Origin: Planctomycetota bacterium
GTDB taxonomy: Bacteria; Planctomycetota; UBA11346
Length of the DNA: 36,605 nt
Reading direction: 5' to 3'
NCBI GenBank assembly: GCA_038213315.1
Contig: JBBQTJ010000002.1
Coordinates: 1 to 36,605 of the forward strand
Made by a program: the position numbers and the translations under genes. A model generated the notes under the pieces. That model was not told the DNA's origin. It searched no databases and was given only the letters and a program-made list of their open reading frames with translations. Shown here piece by piece: positions 7,762 to 16,349 of the stretch; the first letter of the stretch is position 1, and every line of letters starts with the position of its first letter.

Positions 7762-9581
7762 GCGCTCACCGTGTCCTCGGTGGTGCCCAGACTGCGGATC
7801 CACGGCTGCTGGCTCGCATCCAGCGTGATGGTCAGGTCCTGGGCGATGGTCTTGAGGCCTTCATCCATGAACTCGGCGCGATAGCCGATGGTCGCGACCT
7901 CGTAATCTTCCTGCGGTGGCAGCAGACCCTTCAGCGAGGCCGGCGTGATGTCGGCAGCCATGCCGGCCAGCGCGGTGCCCAGGCGCGACAGCAGATCCAC
8001 GCGGATACGACCCAGTTCTGCGCCGGCTTCCCGGGCAGCGTAGAGGCCCTTGCGCGTGACCTTTATTTCCAGGTCCAGGGCCACCAGCGCCCCACGCATC
8101 AGCAATTCGATCCCGTCAGCCGCCAGCCGTGGTCGCCGCGTCCCCGGCGTCATCAGGTTGGTGCGTCCCCGACGCAGGAGATCGGCCATGCCGGCGCTCC
8201 ACGGGAAGAGCTCAAACGAGACGTCCTGTACGCCGTCCACCGCCATCACTGCCGCGACCAGGCGATTGTAGACCACCACCTCGCCGATTCCGAGTTCATC
8301 CACTGCCGCATCCAGCGCAGTTCGCACCACGGTGTCCAAGACCTGCTTTTGCGCCGCATCAAGATTGGCGCCAGCCGGCGTGACTACGATCTTCATCCCC
8401 AGGTCGTACCAGACGTCCTCGCCGACGGTCGAGGGCGCGGGACTGATTTCGCTCGGATCCATGCCCGCACCGGGCCCGACGCCAATAGCCGCCGCTTCCG
8501 GGACTACGAGATTGTGCACCACCCGCACGCCCGCCGGCCGCACCCGATGGATGGCTTCAAGGGCCGCACGCGCGTGATCCACATCCAGGTCGGCCGCGAT
8601 GGTGATGGTGATGGTGCCAGGGGCGGCGACGTGGTCCTCATCCACCAGCACATCCTGGGCTCTGATGCCGGCGATGCTGGTGAGCGCCCCGACGATGGCC
8701 CCAGTGGTGGCGGCTCCGCCGGTCTCAAGCGCGCGGGAGACGCGTCGCCGCAGCGCCTCGTCCTCTTCGACGGCGCCAGCAAAGCCCAGGTCCTGGGGAT
8801 TGATTGCCGCAGCGATGCCAAGGATGGGCCGATGGATGACCGACAGGGTACCGGACCGGGCCGCGCCCTTGGGCCCGTCGACCAACGCACTCACCGGCAC
8901 CGCCACCGACAGGGATCCGGCGCGCAGGGTACGCTCGGCAGTGGTCTCGACGGTGACGGGCGGCACGTCGGACGAACTGATACGCGCACCTGCCGGGATG
9001 ATGATGTCTGCCGGTGCGGGCGTGCTGCGGCTGAACACCACGTCGCCGCTGGCAGCGGCACGGGTGCGGCGGGGCATGCCCACCAAGGCCGCCACCTGAT
9101 CCAGATCACGACCGCTCGCAGTGTCGAGGAACGCGGCCTCATAGACCGCTTCCAGCTGACGCGACAGCACGGCGTATTCGCGGGCGAAGGATTCCGCCAG
9201 GGTGCGCACCACCGAACCCGGATTGCGATCGGTCAGGCGCGGCGCCGCGACCACCCCGGGGCGACGTTCGTAGCTGACCCAGAAGCGGCTGCCCAGATCG
9301 GGGATGGTGGCGCCGGGCAGGGGCAGGCCCTCGCCATTCAGACGCCAGCTCAGCACGCCTTCGGCCGAGACCTCCACGTCGGTTCCGGGCATGAAGCGCT
9401 GGTAGTCGCCGTCATGCAGGCCGTGCAGGCGCACCGTCGCCGGCAGCACGTCGACGCCCAGTCCGAGTCGGAAGGGTGCATGCTCAGGCAGATAGTTGAA
9501 CTCCTCGCGCACCACCCCGCCGGTCAAGGCGCTGAGCAGGTCGTCGACGAAGACGCCATAGGGCTCGGCGGCGTAGGTCAT
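7758..9581 (-). CDS. baseplate J / gp47 family protein
   Basis: GSVVRTLAESFARE...FLDTASGRDLDQVAALVGMPRR...ASGDVVFSR...IIPAGARI...EEDEALRRR...RVRPAGVRV. Confidence 0.92.
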   Translation of the reverse strand: MTYAAEPYGVFVDDLLSALTGGVVREEFNYLPEHAPFRLGLGVDVLPATVRLHGLHDGDYQRFMPGTDVEVSAEGVLSWRLNGEGLPLPGATIPDLGSRFWVSYERRPGVVAAPRLTDRNPGSVVRTLAESFAREYAVLSRQLEAVYEAAFLDTASGRDLDQVAALVGMPRRTRAAASGDVVFSRSTPAPADIIIPAGARISSSDVPPVTVETTAERTLRAGSLSVAVPVSALVDGPKGAARSGTLSVIHRPILGIAAAINPQDLGFAGAVEEDEALRRRVSRALETGGAATTGAIVGALTSIAGIRAQDVLVDEDHVAAPGTITITIAADLDVDHARAALEAIHRVRPAGVRVVHNLVVPEAAAIGVGPGAGMDPSEISPAPSTVGEDVWYDLGMKIVVTPAGANLDAAQKQVLDTVVRTALDAAVDELGIGEVVVYNRLVAAVMAVDGVQDVSFELFPWSAGMADLLRRGRTNLMTPGTRRPRLAADGIELLMRGALVALDLEIKVTRKGLYAAREAGAELGRIRVDLLSRLGTALAGMAADITPASLKGLLPPQEDYEVATIGYRAEFMDEGLKTIAQDLTITLDASQQPWIRSLGTTEDTVSA

Positions 9582-10048
9582 GCTCCGGACTCCAGACTGA
9601 AGGGGACCACCAGATTGCGCGGGTCGTCGTGATCGATGAGGCGGACAGTGACCACGATACGCACCATGTCGCGGCGGCTGGCATCCTGCGTCACCGTGCA
9701 GGATTCAATTTTGTCGATGCGCGGCTCGTAGCCCAGGCATTCCAAGACATGGCGCTTGATCATGGAGCGGGTGCGTTCGGTGTTGGGTTCACCGAGCAGC
9801 TCGTGGTGGCGCGAGCCGTAGTTGTCGTGTCCCAGGGCGCTCAGTTCGCCGCGCCGGGTTTTGAGCCGGTTGACCAGCAACTGGTCCGCGGCCGCCAAGT
9901 CCTCGACCACGGCCACATCGCGCAGGCCGGGCCGGCGGAACACCGCCAGGTCGGCTTCTTCCCACCAGCCCGAGGCGCCGCCAAACTCCAGGCCCAGATC
10001 ACGACCCAGGCGCTTCATCAGAATATCAAGATCGGCCCGCGGTTTCAT
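9578..10048 (-). CDS. gp25 / GPW-like baseplate (sheath initiator) protein
   Basis: Start moved to ATG 10048 (ATGA overlap). RLKTRRGEL...HDNYGSRHHELLGEPN...ECLGYEPRIDKI is the gp25 signature. Confidence 0.9.
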   Translation of the reverse strand: MKPRADLDILMKRLGRDLGLEFGGASGWWEEADLAVFRRPGLRDVAVVEDLAAADQLLVNRLKTRRGELSALGHDNYGSRHHELLGEPNTERTRSMIKRHVLECLGYEPRIDKIESCTVTQDASRRDMVRIVVTVRLIDHDDPRNLVVPFSLESGA

Positions 10049-10386
10049 GGCGCGTTCCCATCGGTGATCCACGGCGCCGCAGGCGGCCCAAGGATGGTAA
10101 GGATGCCGCTGCCCGAGGGGATCTTGTCGCCCAGCCGCACCAGTCCGTTGCCGGCCACGGTTACCCCGCTGCTCATGCCCACGCTGCCAATAGTCAGGGG
10201 GTAGGGCACCCCGGTGACCGAATTGATCATCTGGCAGATGCTGCCGGCGGTGGCGACGGGCATGCCGCCGGCCAGGGCAGCGGTCTGCGTCACCGCCAAG
10301 ATCACGCCGCTGTCCGGCGCGCCGGCGGCACCGGGCGAAAGCATCACCGCACAGCCGATTGATACGGGATTTCCGGGCATGGTCAT
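10045..10386 (-). CDS. PAAR-like spike tip protein (divergent)
   Basis: ~113 aa, Gly/Pro-rich, directly after the spike gene. Repeats GNPVSIG, GGMPVATAGS and GNGLVRLGD. GTG 10389 or ATG 10380 are alternative starts. Confidence 0.65.
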   Translation of the reverse strand: MTMPGNPVSIGCAVMLSPGAAGAPDSGVILAVTQTAALAGGMPVATAGSICQMINSVTGVPYPLTIGSVGMSSGVTVAGNGLVRLGDKIPSGSGILTILGPPAAPWITDGNAP

Positions 10387-11036
10387 CACGCGGGGTTGAA
10401 GGAGGTGGTACCGTTGATCGACACGCTGCCGCCCTTGAGCGTCGCCGAGCCATCGCCCTGGACGGTGACGTTGGGCGCCTTCAAGGTGGCGCCACTGCCA
10501 CCTTCAAGATTCAGCGCGCCTGCCGCCTTCAGGGTCAGATCACCGCCCGCTTCGATGGTGACCGCACCATCGGCTTCGATGGTCACGGTGCTGCTCCCCA
10601 GGATGATGCTCAGCTTGCCATCCTGCAGGGTCAGGCTGTTGCCGCTGGGCATTTCCAGGTGAAAGCGTCGGGCGGCCTCATCGGCCTCATCGGGGACGTG
10701 ATAGACCAGCTCGCCCGGCTTCGCGTCCGGCGGCGCATGATCGGCATCATGCAACACGCCCATGACCACGGCTTGATCCAAGTCGCCGCTCAGAAAGCCG
10801 ATCACCACCAGGTTGCCCACCAGGGGTAAGGCTGACAGGCCCAGACGGCCGACCGCCACGGGGACCTGCTGCAATTCCAGGCCAGACGAGTTCAGCCGCA
10901 CATTGACCGACAAGTGGTGCTCGCCGCTGCCGCCATCATTGCTGAAGGCCTGGGTGATCACGCCCAGCTCCAGCCCGCGATGGGCGTCAAGTTCATCGCG
11001 TACCACGGCGCGGATGGCGGGGACGATGCGGCTCAT
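10386..11036 (-). CDS. baseplate spike protein (gpV / gp5 OB-fold plus beta-helix)
   Basis: LELGVIT...VNVRL...VPVAVGRLGLSALPLVGNLVVIGFLSGDLDQAVVMGVLH, then short beta repeats (VTIEADGAVTIEAGGDLTLKAAGALNLEG). Confidence 0.9.
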   Translation of the reverse strand: MSRIVPAIRAVVRDELDAHRGLELGVITQAFSNDGGSGEHHLSVNVRLNSSGLELQQVPVAVGRLGLSALPLVGNLVVIGFLSGDLDQAVVMGVLHDADHAPPDAKPGELVYHVPDEADEAARRFHLEMPSGNSLTLQDGKLSIILGSSTVTIEADGAVTIEAGGDLTLKAAGALNLEGGSGATLKAPNVTVQGDGSATLKGGSVSINGTTSFNPA

Positions 11037-11989
11037 GCCACGCCCTCGAAATCCAACCAGGTGGCGAAGCCGTTGGCATCCAGGACGTGAGTCACCCCGA
11101 GCAGACGGGCATCGACGTCACCATCCAGCAGGTCACCAAGAGTCACTAAATCTCCCGGGCGCAGGGCGGCCTGTCCCCAGCACAGGGCGTCGCCGCTGAC
11201 GGTGCTGCGGACCGCCGCATCGGCGGCGGCCTTGGCCACGCTGCGGGCGGCATTGCGATCACGGATCGCCCCCGGAACCCACGCATCACGCTCGGGCGTC
11301 TCGCCAGCGGGTGAGGCCAAGGGCAGGAACCAGTGATCCGCCCCGGCTTCGCTGCCGGCCCCGGCCGGACCGACCGGCGCCGCCGTTGGCGCATCTTCGC
11401 TCTGCGCGGCGCGCCAGCTGATCAGTTCGGCGCCCCGCCGCAGCGTAGTGGCGGCCGGTCCGCTGGCCGGCGGGCGGACATGCAGCGAACCATCAGCGGC
11501 GCTGGCCACTTCGCAGCCGGACAGCCGGGCGAGGCGTAGCAGGTGGGCCCACCGCGAGCGCCGGTCGTCGGCATGAAAAATGCCCAGGTCCAAGTCAGGA
11601 CCAACCGTGCCCGCGGTGACGCCGGCATCGCTGAGCAGGTCATTGACGATCTGCGCCGCGCCCTGACCCACCCACGCCTGGGCAGCACGCCTACGGCTCA
11701 GCTGCCAGGATGGGGCAAAACATTCCACCACCGCGCCCGTCGGGCGGCGAGCCACCGTCACCACGGTACCGGTGAAGACGTCTTGGGCGTCATCGTCAAA
11801 ACCCAAGGCCACCGCCACCGTGCCACCGGCCGCAGGCACGGTGGGCGCCAGCGCATGCAGTTCCAACACGCAGCGGTCATGGGCCGGGCCCAGGCCCAGG
11901 GTGACCTCGACGCGCAGCAGGGCCGCTTCCGGAGCGGTCAGGCTCTGGCCATCGATAGTGATGGTGGCGATGGGCGTGAAGCGGCTCAT
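11033..11989 (-). CDS. baseplate hub protein (gpD / gp27-like; VgrG N-terminal equivalent)
   Basis: VAVALGFDDDAQDVFTGTV, SRWAHLLRLARLSG, GQAALRPGDLVTL...VTHVLDANGFATWL. Confidence 0.85.
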   Translation of the reverse strand: MSRFTPIATITIDGQSLTAPEAALLRVEVTLGLGPAHDRCVLELHALAPTVPAAGGTVAVALGFDDDAQDVFTGTVVTVARRPTGAVVECFAPSWQLSRRRAAQAWVGQGAAQIVNDLLSDAGVTAGTVGPDLDLGIFHADDRRSRWAHLLRLARLSGCEVASAADGSLHVRPPASGPAATTLRRGAELISWRAAQSEDAPTAAPVGPAGAGSEAGADHWFLPLASPAGETPERDAWVPGAIRDRNAARSVAKAAADAAVRSTVSGDALCWGQAALRPGDLVTLGDLLDGDVDARLLGVTHVLDANGFATWLDFEGVA

Positions 11990-13059
11990 GGGCTGTCCAC
12001 GTTCAGGCCCTGACGGCGCACCTCGGCCAACAGGACCCGCTCAAGCGTGCGGCCGAATTGCAGATCATTGGTCGGAGTTACGGGCCGGGGCAAGTCGCCC
12101 ACTGGCACCGTCGGGGGCGCGCTCCCGACCTGCACAGCAAAGCCACCGACAGCGGGCACGGTGCCCGGCATGGTGAGCGGACCAGGCAAGCTTGTCGCAA
12201 CACGTCCACGTTCTGCGGCAATGGGGTCCGAGGCGGTCTCGGCAGAGTTCGTACCGTGATCGCCAGTCGTCGGCCAGCGGCGCAGTAGATCGCTCAGGGC
12301 CGACCCGCGTTGCCCGGTGGCGCGCACGGGACGTTCCTCGATCGGGGCGAATGACGGTGCAGTGGGGCTTGGTTTGGCGCTCGTCGCTGGCGTCGCCCGG
12401 GCACTGGCCAACTCGACGGAGGGGGGGCGATTGATCGGCGGGGCGGTGGCTGCGCTGCGGACCTGATCCTTCCGGCTGGCCAGCCGCACTGCCGCTGGTT
12501 CGGCCATGGCCCGCAAACGCTGGGCATCCACCGTCACCCGGGCCGCGGGCGAGGCTAGACGCCGCGCCAAGTCGGCGGTCGCCATCAACACGTGGGCGGT
12601 CAGGTGTGCAGAGCTCACAGGCAGTGCAGGAATGATCACCGCTGGCCGCGAGTCAGGAGGCACCGGCGGAACCGCACTCATGGGCAGCACTGGCGTGGTT
12701 GCCTGCGCCACGCGGAAACGTGGCTGGGCCGGCAAAGGAACTGGTGCAGTGACTTCTGCGGTAGGGGTGTCGATAGTGGCACTGGAAAGACGCCGCACGG
12801 CCTGGGGGAACTTTCCCTGGCGCGGCGGCACTGCCGCCAGTCGACGCGTTGCAGTGGATATCGGCTCGGCCTGCGCGGTCGCAGGCGCACTGTACTCGCG
12901 GTCTAAGGCCGCGAGCGGATCCGGGGCCAGGCCCGCCAGCCGGTCGGCCGCACGATGCACCAGTTCCGCAGTCTCGACGCCGCCGGCCAACGGAGCCCAG
13001 CGGGCCCCATCGGTAGCTAAGCGGTCAAGCATGCGTCGCAGGCGGCGATCGGGGGACAT
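11986..13059 (-). CDS. Pro/Ala-rich low-complexity hypothetical protein at the usual tape-measure position
   Basis: Coupled to both neighbours; disordered-looking centre; helical C-terminus DLQFGRTLERVLLAEVRRQGL. Confidence 0.7.
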   Translation of the reverse strand: MSPDRRLRRMLDRLATDGARWAPLAGGVETAELVHRAADRLAGLAPDPLAALDREYSAPATAQAEPISTATRRLAAVPPRQGKFPQAVRRLSSATIDTPTAEVTAPVPLPAQPRFRVAQATTPVLPMSAVPPVPPDSRPAVIIPALPVSSAHLTAHVLMATADLARRLASPAARVTVDAQRLRAMAEPAAVRLASRKDQVRSAATAPPINRPPSVELASARATPATSAKPSPTAPSFAPIEERPVRATGQRGSALSDLLRRWPTTGDHGTNSAETASDPIAAERGRVATSLPGPLTMPGTVPAVGGFAVQVGSAPPTVPVGDLPRPVTPTNDLQFGRTLERVLLAEVRRQGLNVDSP

Positions 13060-13061
13060 GG

Positions 13062-13547
13062 TCAGCCCTTGGCCCCGACGGTGGCGCGGTCACGAGCCGC
13101 CATTTCCAGGTACAACAGCACCTGGCCGACGCTTAGATTGGCGCATTGCTCTGGACTCCACCCGAACTCCCGTGCGAGGGTGAAGCAGGCTTTGGCCAAG
13201 GGCGCCTGCACCGCCTGCTCAAGCTCATCGGCGGACATGCCCAGACCACTGATGCGGTTCACCTCCTGTAAGAGGTGCTGCACCAGTCCGGCATGCAGGC
13301 GGTTGGCCTGATCCAGCGTCAGTGCAGGCTCGACCAGAGCCTGCTGCACCATCAGCACCCCGGTGAGATGGCCGTCATCCTTGGCCGCCTTGGCGATGCG
13401 CGCCAAGTCGGCCAGCCGCAAGGGGCGCAGCACCACCTCGCCCGCCGCTGCATCATCGCCGGCAGCGGGATCGAGGACGCGTCCCGGTACTGCCACCCGA
13501 TGGGTGGCAGTACCGGCCAACAGCAGATCATCGGCGCTCAGGCTCAC
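13062..13547 (-). CDS. tail assembly chaperone (XkdN/gpG-like fused to a gpT/gpE'-like tail)
   Basis: GTG start 13547 (GTGA overlap with the tube stop). EVVLRPLRLADL...ALVEPAL...EVNRISGL, then LAREFGWSPEQCANLSVGQVLLYL. Confidence 0.7.
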   Translation of the reverse strand: MSLSADDLLLAGTATHRVAVPGRVLDPAAGDDAAAGEVVLRPLRLADLARIAKAAKDDGHLTGVLMVQQALVEPALTLDQANRLHAGLVQHLLQEVNRISGLGMSADELEQAVQAPLAKACFTLAREFGWSPEQCANLSVGQVLLYLEMAARDRATVGAKG

Positions 13548-14044
13548 GCGCTCGCATCCTCGGCCGCGATCCACAGGCCCTTGAAGGTGACTTCTTCCAT
13601 CACGAAGTCGTCTTCGGGCATGGTGAAGGCCCAACCGTCGAGCTTCACGCCATGCACGGTGACGGTGGCGCTGTTGCCAGAGAAGGCGCCGTTTTCCATG
13701 CGCAGGCTCAGATTGAAGGTCGGGCTGACGAAGCTGCCGGCGGGACGGGTGCCGCTGCCGCCTTCACCCAGCATCAAGCGCAGCAGGGCGCCATTGACGT
13801 GCGCCCGGCCGATGGTGCCGGTGATGTTGACGTTACCGGCGCGCAGTTCGGTGGCGTAGCGCTGGCCGACCTCGTGGAAGGGCCGGATGTCGCTGCTGAC
13901 GCGCACCGACACGCCGGTGGCGCGGCCGATGGGGGTCAGTTGGTAGGTTTCGGCGATGGCCTTGGCGGCGTCGCCCTCGGGGCCCGCCTCGACAGCGACC
14001 GAGATCGAGCCGTCGAGACCGGTGAAGATGTGATTATTGGGCAT
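13544..14044 (-). CDS. tail tube protein
   Basis: 166 aa directly after the sheath; IGRATGVSVRV...HEVGQRYATELRAGNVNITGTI...VTVHGVKLDGWAFTMPEDDFVMEEVTF. Confidence 0.85.
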   Translation of the reverse strand: MPNNHIFTGLDGSISVAVEAGPEGDAAKAIAETYQLTPIGRATGVSVRVSSDIRPFHEVGQRYATELRAGNVNITGTIGRAHVNGALLRLMLGEGGSGTRPAGSFVSPTFNLSLRMENGAFSGNSATVTVHGVKLDGWAFTMPEDDFVMEEVTFKGLWIAAEDASA

Positions 14045-14082
14045 GGGTGACCTTGGAAGTGAAGGTTGGTGCGTTCAGGTTA

Positions 14083-15483
14083 TTATTGGAGGTTCATGGT
14101 TACGCGGATGAAATCGATGCTGAAGGTCGGCATCAAGGTCATCACCACTTGGCAGATGCCGCGGATCTCGTCCGCGCGGCTGGCCTTCACCTCAAGCTGG
14201 TAGCTGACCAGCATTTCATCGACCACCATCTGCGACAGGAAGCCATCAAGCGTGGCCTTGAGCGCCGCCCGGATGCGGGCGTTGTTGAGCCGGCCGATAT
14301 AGGGATCAGACCCCATGCGCACGCCCGTCTTGGCATAGTCCACGGTACGGCGGATCGAGATCTGGCTGAAGGCTGCGTTCTCGGTGGTGATCCCTTTGAC
14401 CACCTGGAAACCGAACTTCTGCCGCACCAGCAGGACGCGCTGCTGCAGCAGCTTCTTGTAGATGGTGGTGTTGTAGGCCCCCGAGAGACCATCGATGGGC
14501 AAGGTCTTATTGGTCAGGCTGATGTGCGGGGCCAGCGTGGCGATCTTGCCCGCCACCACGGCGGCAAGGTAGCTGGGCGGCAGATTGACAACCTTGCCGT
14601 CAGCGGCATCGGTCGTCAGCAGGCCGGGTCCGACCAGGATGATGCGGTCATCGTTGATGGTGCCCGCATCGGTCTCTACATCGGCCAGGGCGGCGCTCTT
14701 GGCCCCGAGCACGGCGATGCGCTCGCGGCCTTCATTTTCCGTCGCCTCAAGGTGGGCGGCCACGGCGCCCTTGGCCTGGTCGGCGCCGAAGCCGGCCACC
14801 ACCACGATGTTCACCGGCTGGTCGGTCAACTTGGCCAGGCCGGCGGCCAGATCGGCGGCGCTGACATTGGCGCCATCGCTGCCGCCGGCGAAGGGTGTAG
14901 CCGCGGGCTTGGACACCAGTGCCGCCGCGCCATTCTGCACGGCTCCGATAGTGACCAGGGTGCTGGTGGCCAGGGCGGTCGCCAAGGCCTGGGTGGTGGC
15001 ACCCGAGAACTCCTCCTTCACCGCACCCATGGTCAGCGCGAGGATCCAGGGATCCGCCACGGTCGCCTGGGTCAGCGTCCAGCGGATGCCATGGGCCCAG
15101 GTGCCGGCCGCCTTGGCGGTCATGGTGAAGCCGGCGGCATCACCGACCGTCTTGACCTCGGCACTGGCGGCCACCGGCGCGCCGTTGGCGATCCGCACCG
15201 CGTACACCGCGCGGGCACCGCCGGCGAAGACCTGCTCCAAGGTGCGGACCAGGCTCAGCGGGTTGCTGGTCAGGCGCGGTTCGGCCAGGGCATCATAAGC
15301 GCCGAAGGCATCCAAGGCATCACTGTAGCCGCCCAGGGCGACCACTTCGTTCAACGGACCGCGGGCGGCGGTGCCGACGATGCCGACATTGCCGGTGGCG
15401 ATGGACCCGACACCGATCAGGCCTTCGGCCCGCACCTCGATGTAGGTGGATGGGAGGATCATCTCAGCGATGGCTTCGCTCAT
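14083..15483 (-). CDS. contractile tail sheath protein
   Basis: LPSTYIE...GIVGTAARGPLNE...VFAGGARAVYAVRI...AAVVAGKIA...SLTNK...ISIRRTVDY...YIGRLNNARIR...PTFSIDFIRVTMNL. Confidence 0.95.
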   Translation of the reverse strand: MSEAIAEMILPSTYIEVRAEGLIGVGSIATGNVGIVGTAARGPLNEVVALGGYSDALDAFGAYDALAEPRLTSNPLSLVRTLEQVFAGGARAVYAVRIANGAPVAASAEVKTVGDAAGFTMTAKAAGTWAHGIRWTLTQATVADPWILALTMGAVKEEFSGATTQALATALATSTLVTIGAVQNGAAALVSKPAATPFAGGSDGANVSAADLAAGLAKLTDQPVNIVVVAGFGADQAKGAVAAHLEATENEGRERIAVLGAKSAALADVETDAGTINDDRIILVGPGLLTTDAADGKVVNLPPSYLAAVVAGKIATLAPHISLTNKTLPIDGLSGAYNTTIYKKLLQQRVLLVRQKFGFQVVKGITTENAAFSQISIRRTVDYAKTGVRMGSDPYIGRLNNARIRAALKATLDGFLSQMVVDEMLVSYQLEVKASRADEIRGICQVVMTLMPTFSIDFIRVTMNLQ

Positions 15484-15507
15484 GGGGTTTCCTTGGTGGT
15501 CGGGTGA

Positions 15508-16347
15508 TCAGGGATGAGTGATGGTGAAAGCCGTGGGCAGCGCGCCCGGGCGGGGCGTGAGGGCGACTTGAACGCCGCGGATGGGGCCGCCGCCAGTGAT
15601 GACGCGCGGATCCGAATATTCGAAGCGGCAGCGCCAGCTCTGCCGCCGCAGTAGGGTGGCCCCGCCCGGGGTGCCGGGTGGGGCCATCGCACCCCAGGCG
15701 AGGGGAGCCACCTGGCTCAGTCCGCTGACTCGCTGGCCCGCCAGCGCGGCGGCCACCTGACGGCTGAGGGTATCCAGGGCGGCGGCACCGTTGGCGAACA
15801 CCTCGGCTTGCAGGGTGGCGGTGAAGCGCGCCGTGTCGGCTTCCCACTGGCCCAGGAAATAGGTGACGTTCAACGTTCCGACGTTCGGCAAGGCAGTGCC
15901 AAAGCGGGCGATGCCCGTCACCCGGTCGACCTGCACCTGGTTCGCCGCCGGTGCCCCGGCCACCACGGTGATCACCGTCGGTCCGATGGACATCGTCACT
16001 GCGCCCGGGGCCAAGGGGCCCACGTCGCCGCCATCGGCATCCACCAGCGGACTGTGCGGCAATTGCAAGGTCCGGCGATCCGCCGACAGCAGCGTGACGG
16101 TCTCGGCCCCGAAGCGCAGGACCGGATCATTCAGGGCAATGGCCACCGACAGAGGAAGGGCTCCCGTGGTGAGGCCAGCGGGCTGGCCACCGACGCCGGC
16201 GCCAAGGGGCGAGGCCTCGATCACTGACAACACCACCGCTGGCAGGTCGGCTACCACCCGCGGCATGGTCGCCGTGACCTTGGTGGCCGCCGGCAGGACC
16301 GCAGTCAGGTGCGCAGCGACCGCATCGATGAGGCGATGGAGCAGCAT
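15508..16347 (-). CDS. putative tail terminator / cap protein (gp15/Afp16-like position) with inserted beta domain
   Basis: Directly upstream of the sheath. N-terminal helix plus DLPAVVLSV, LQAEVFA...LDTLSRQVAAAL and RFEYSDP...GPIRGV; insertion VDRVTGIARFG...GTLNVTY. Confidence 0.55.
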   Translation of the reverse strand: MLLHRLIDAVAAHLTAVLPAATKVTATMPRVVADLPAVVLSVIEASPLGAGVGGQPAGLTTGALPLSVAIALNDPVLRFGAETVTLLSADRRTLQLPHSPLVDADGGDVGPLAPGAVTMSIGPTVITVVAGAPAANQVQVDRVTGIARFGTALPNVGTLNVTYFLGQWEADTARFTATLQAEVFANGAAALDTLSRQVAAALAGQRVSGLSQVAPLAWGAMAPPGTPGGATLLRRQSWRCRFEYSDPRVITGGGPIRGVQVALTPRPGALPTAFTITHP

Positions 16348-16349
16348 GG

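Noticed and set aside
7725-9632. 635-aa plus-strand ORF and other long plus-strand ORFs across 1-20000
   Set aside because: Antisense shadows of the coupled minus-strand tail genes.
9578-10453. ORF-track N-terminal extension of gp25 (also of the gpI-like gene, chaperone, plsC and lptB)
   Set aside because: Most of these extensions overlap neighbouring genes; internal starts with stop/start coupling or a better family fit are preferred.
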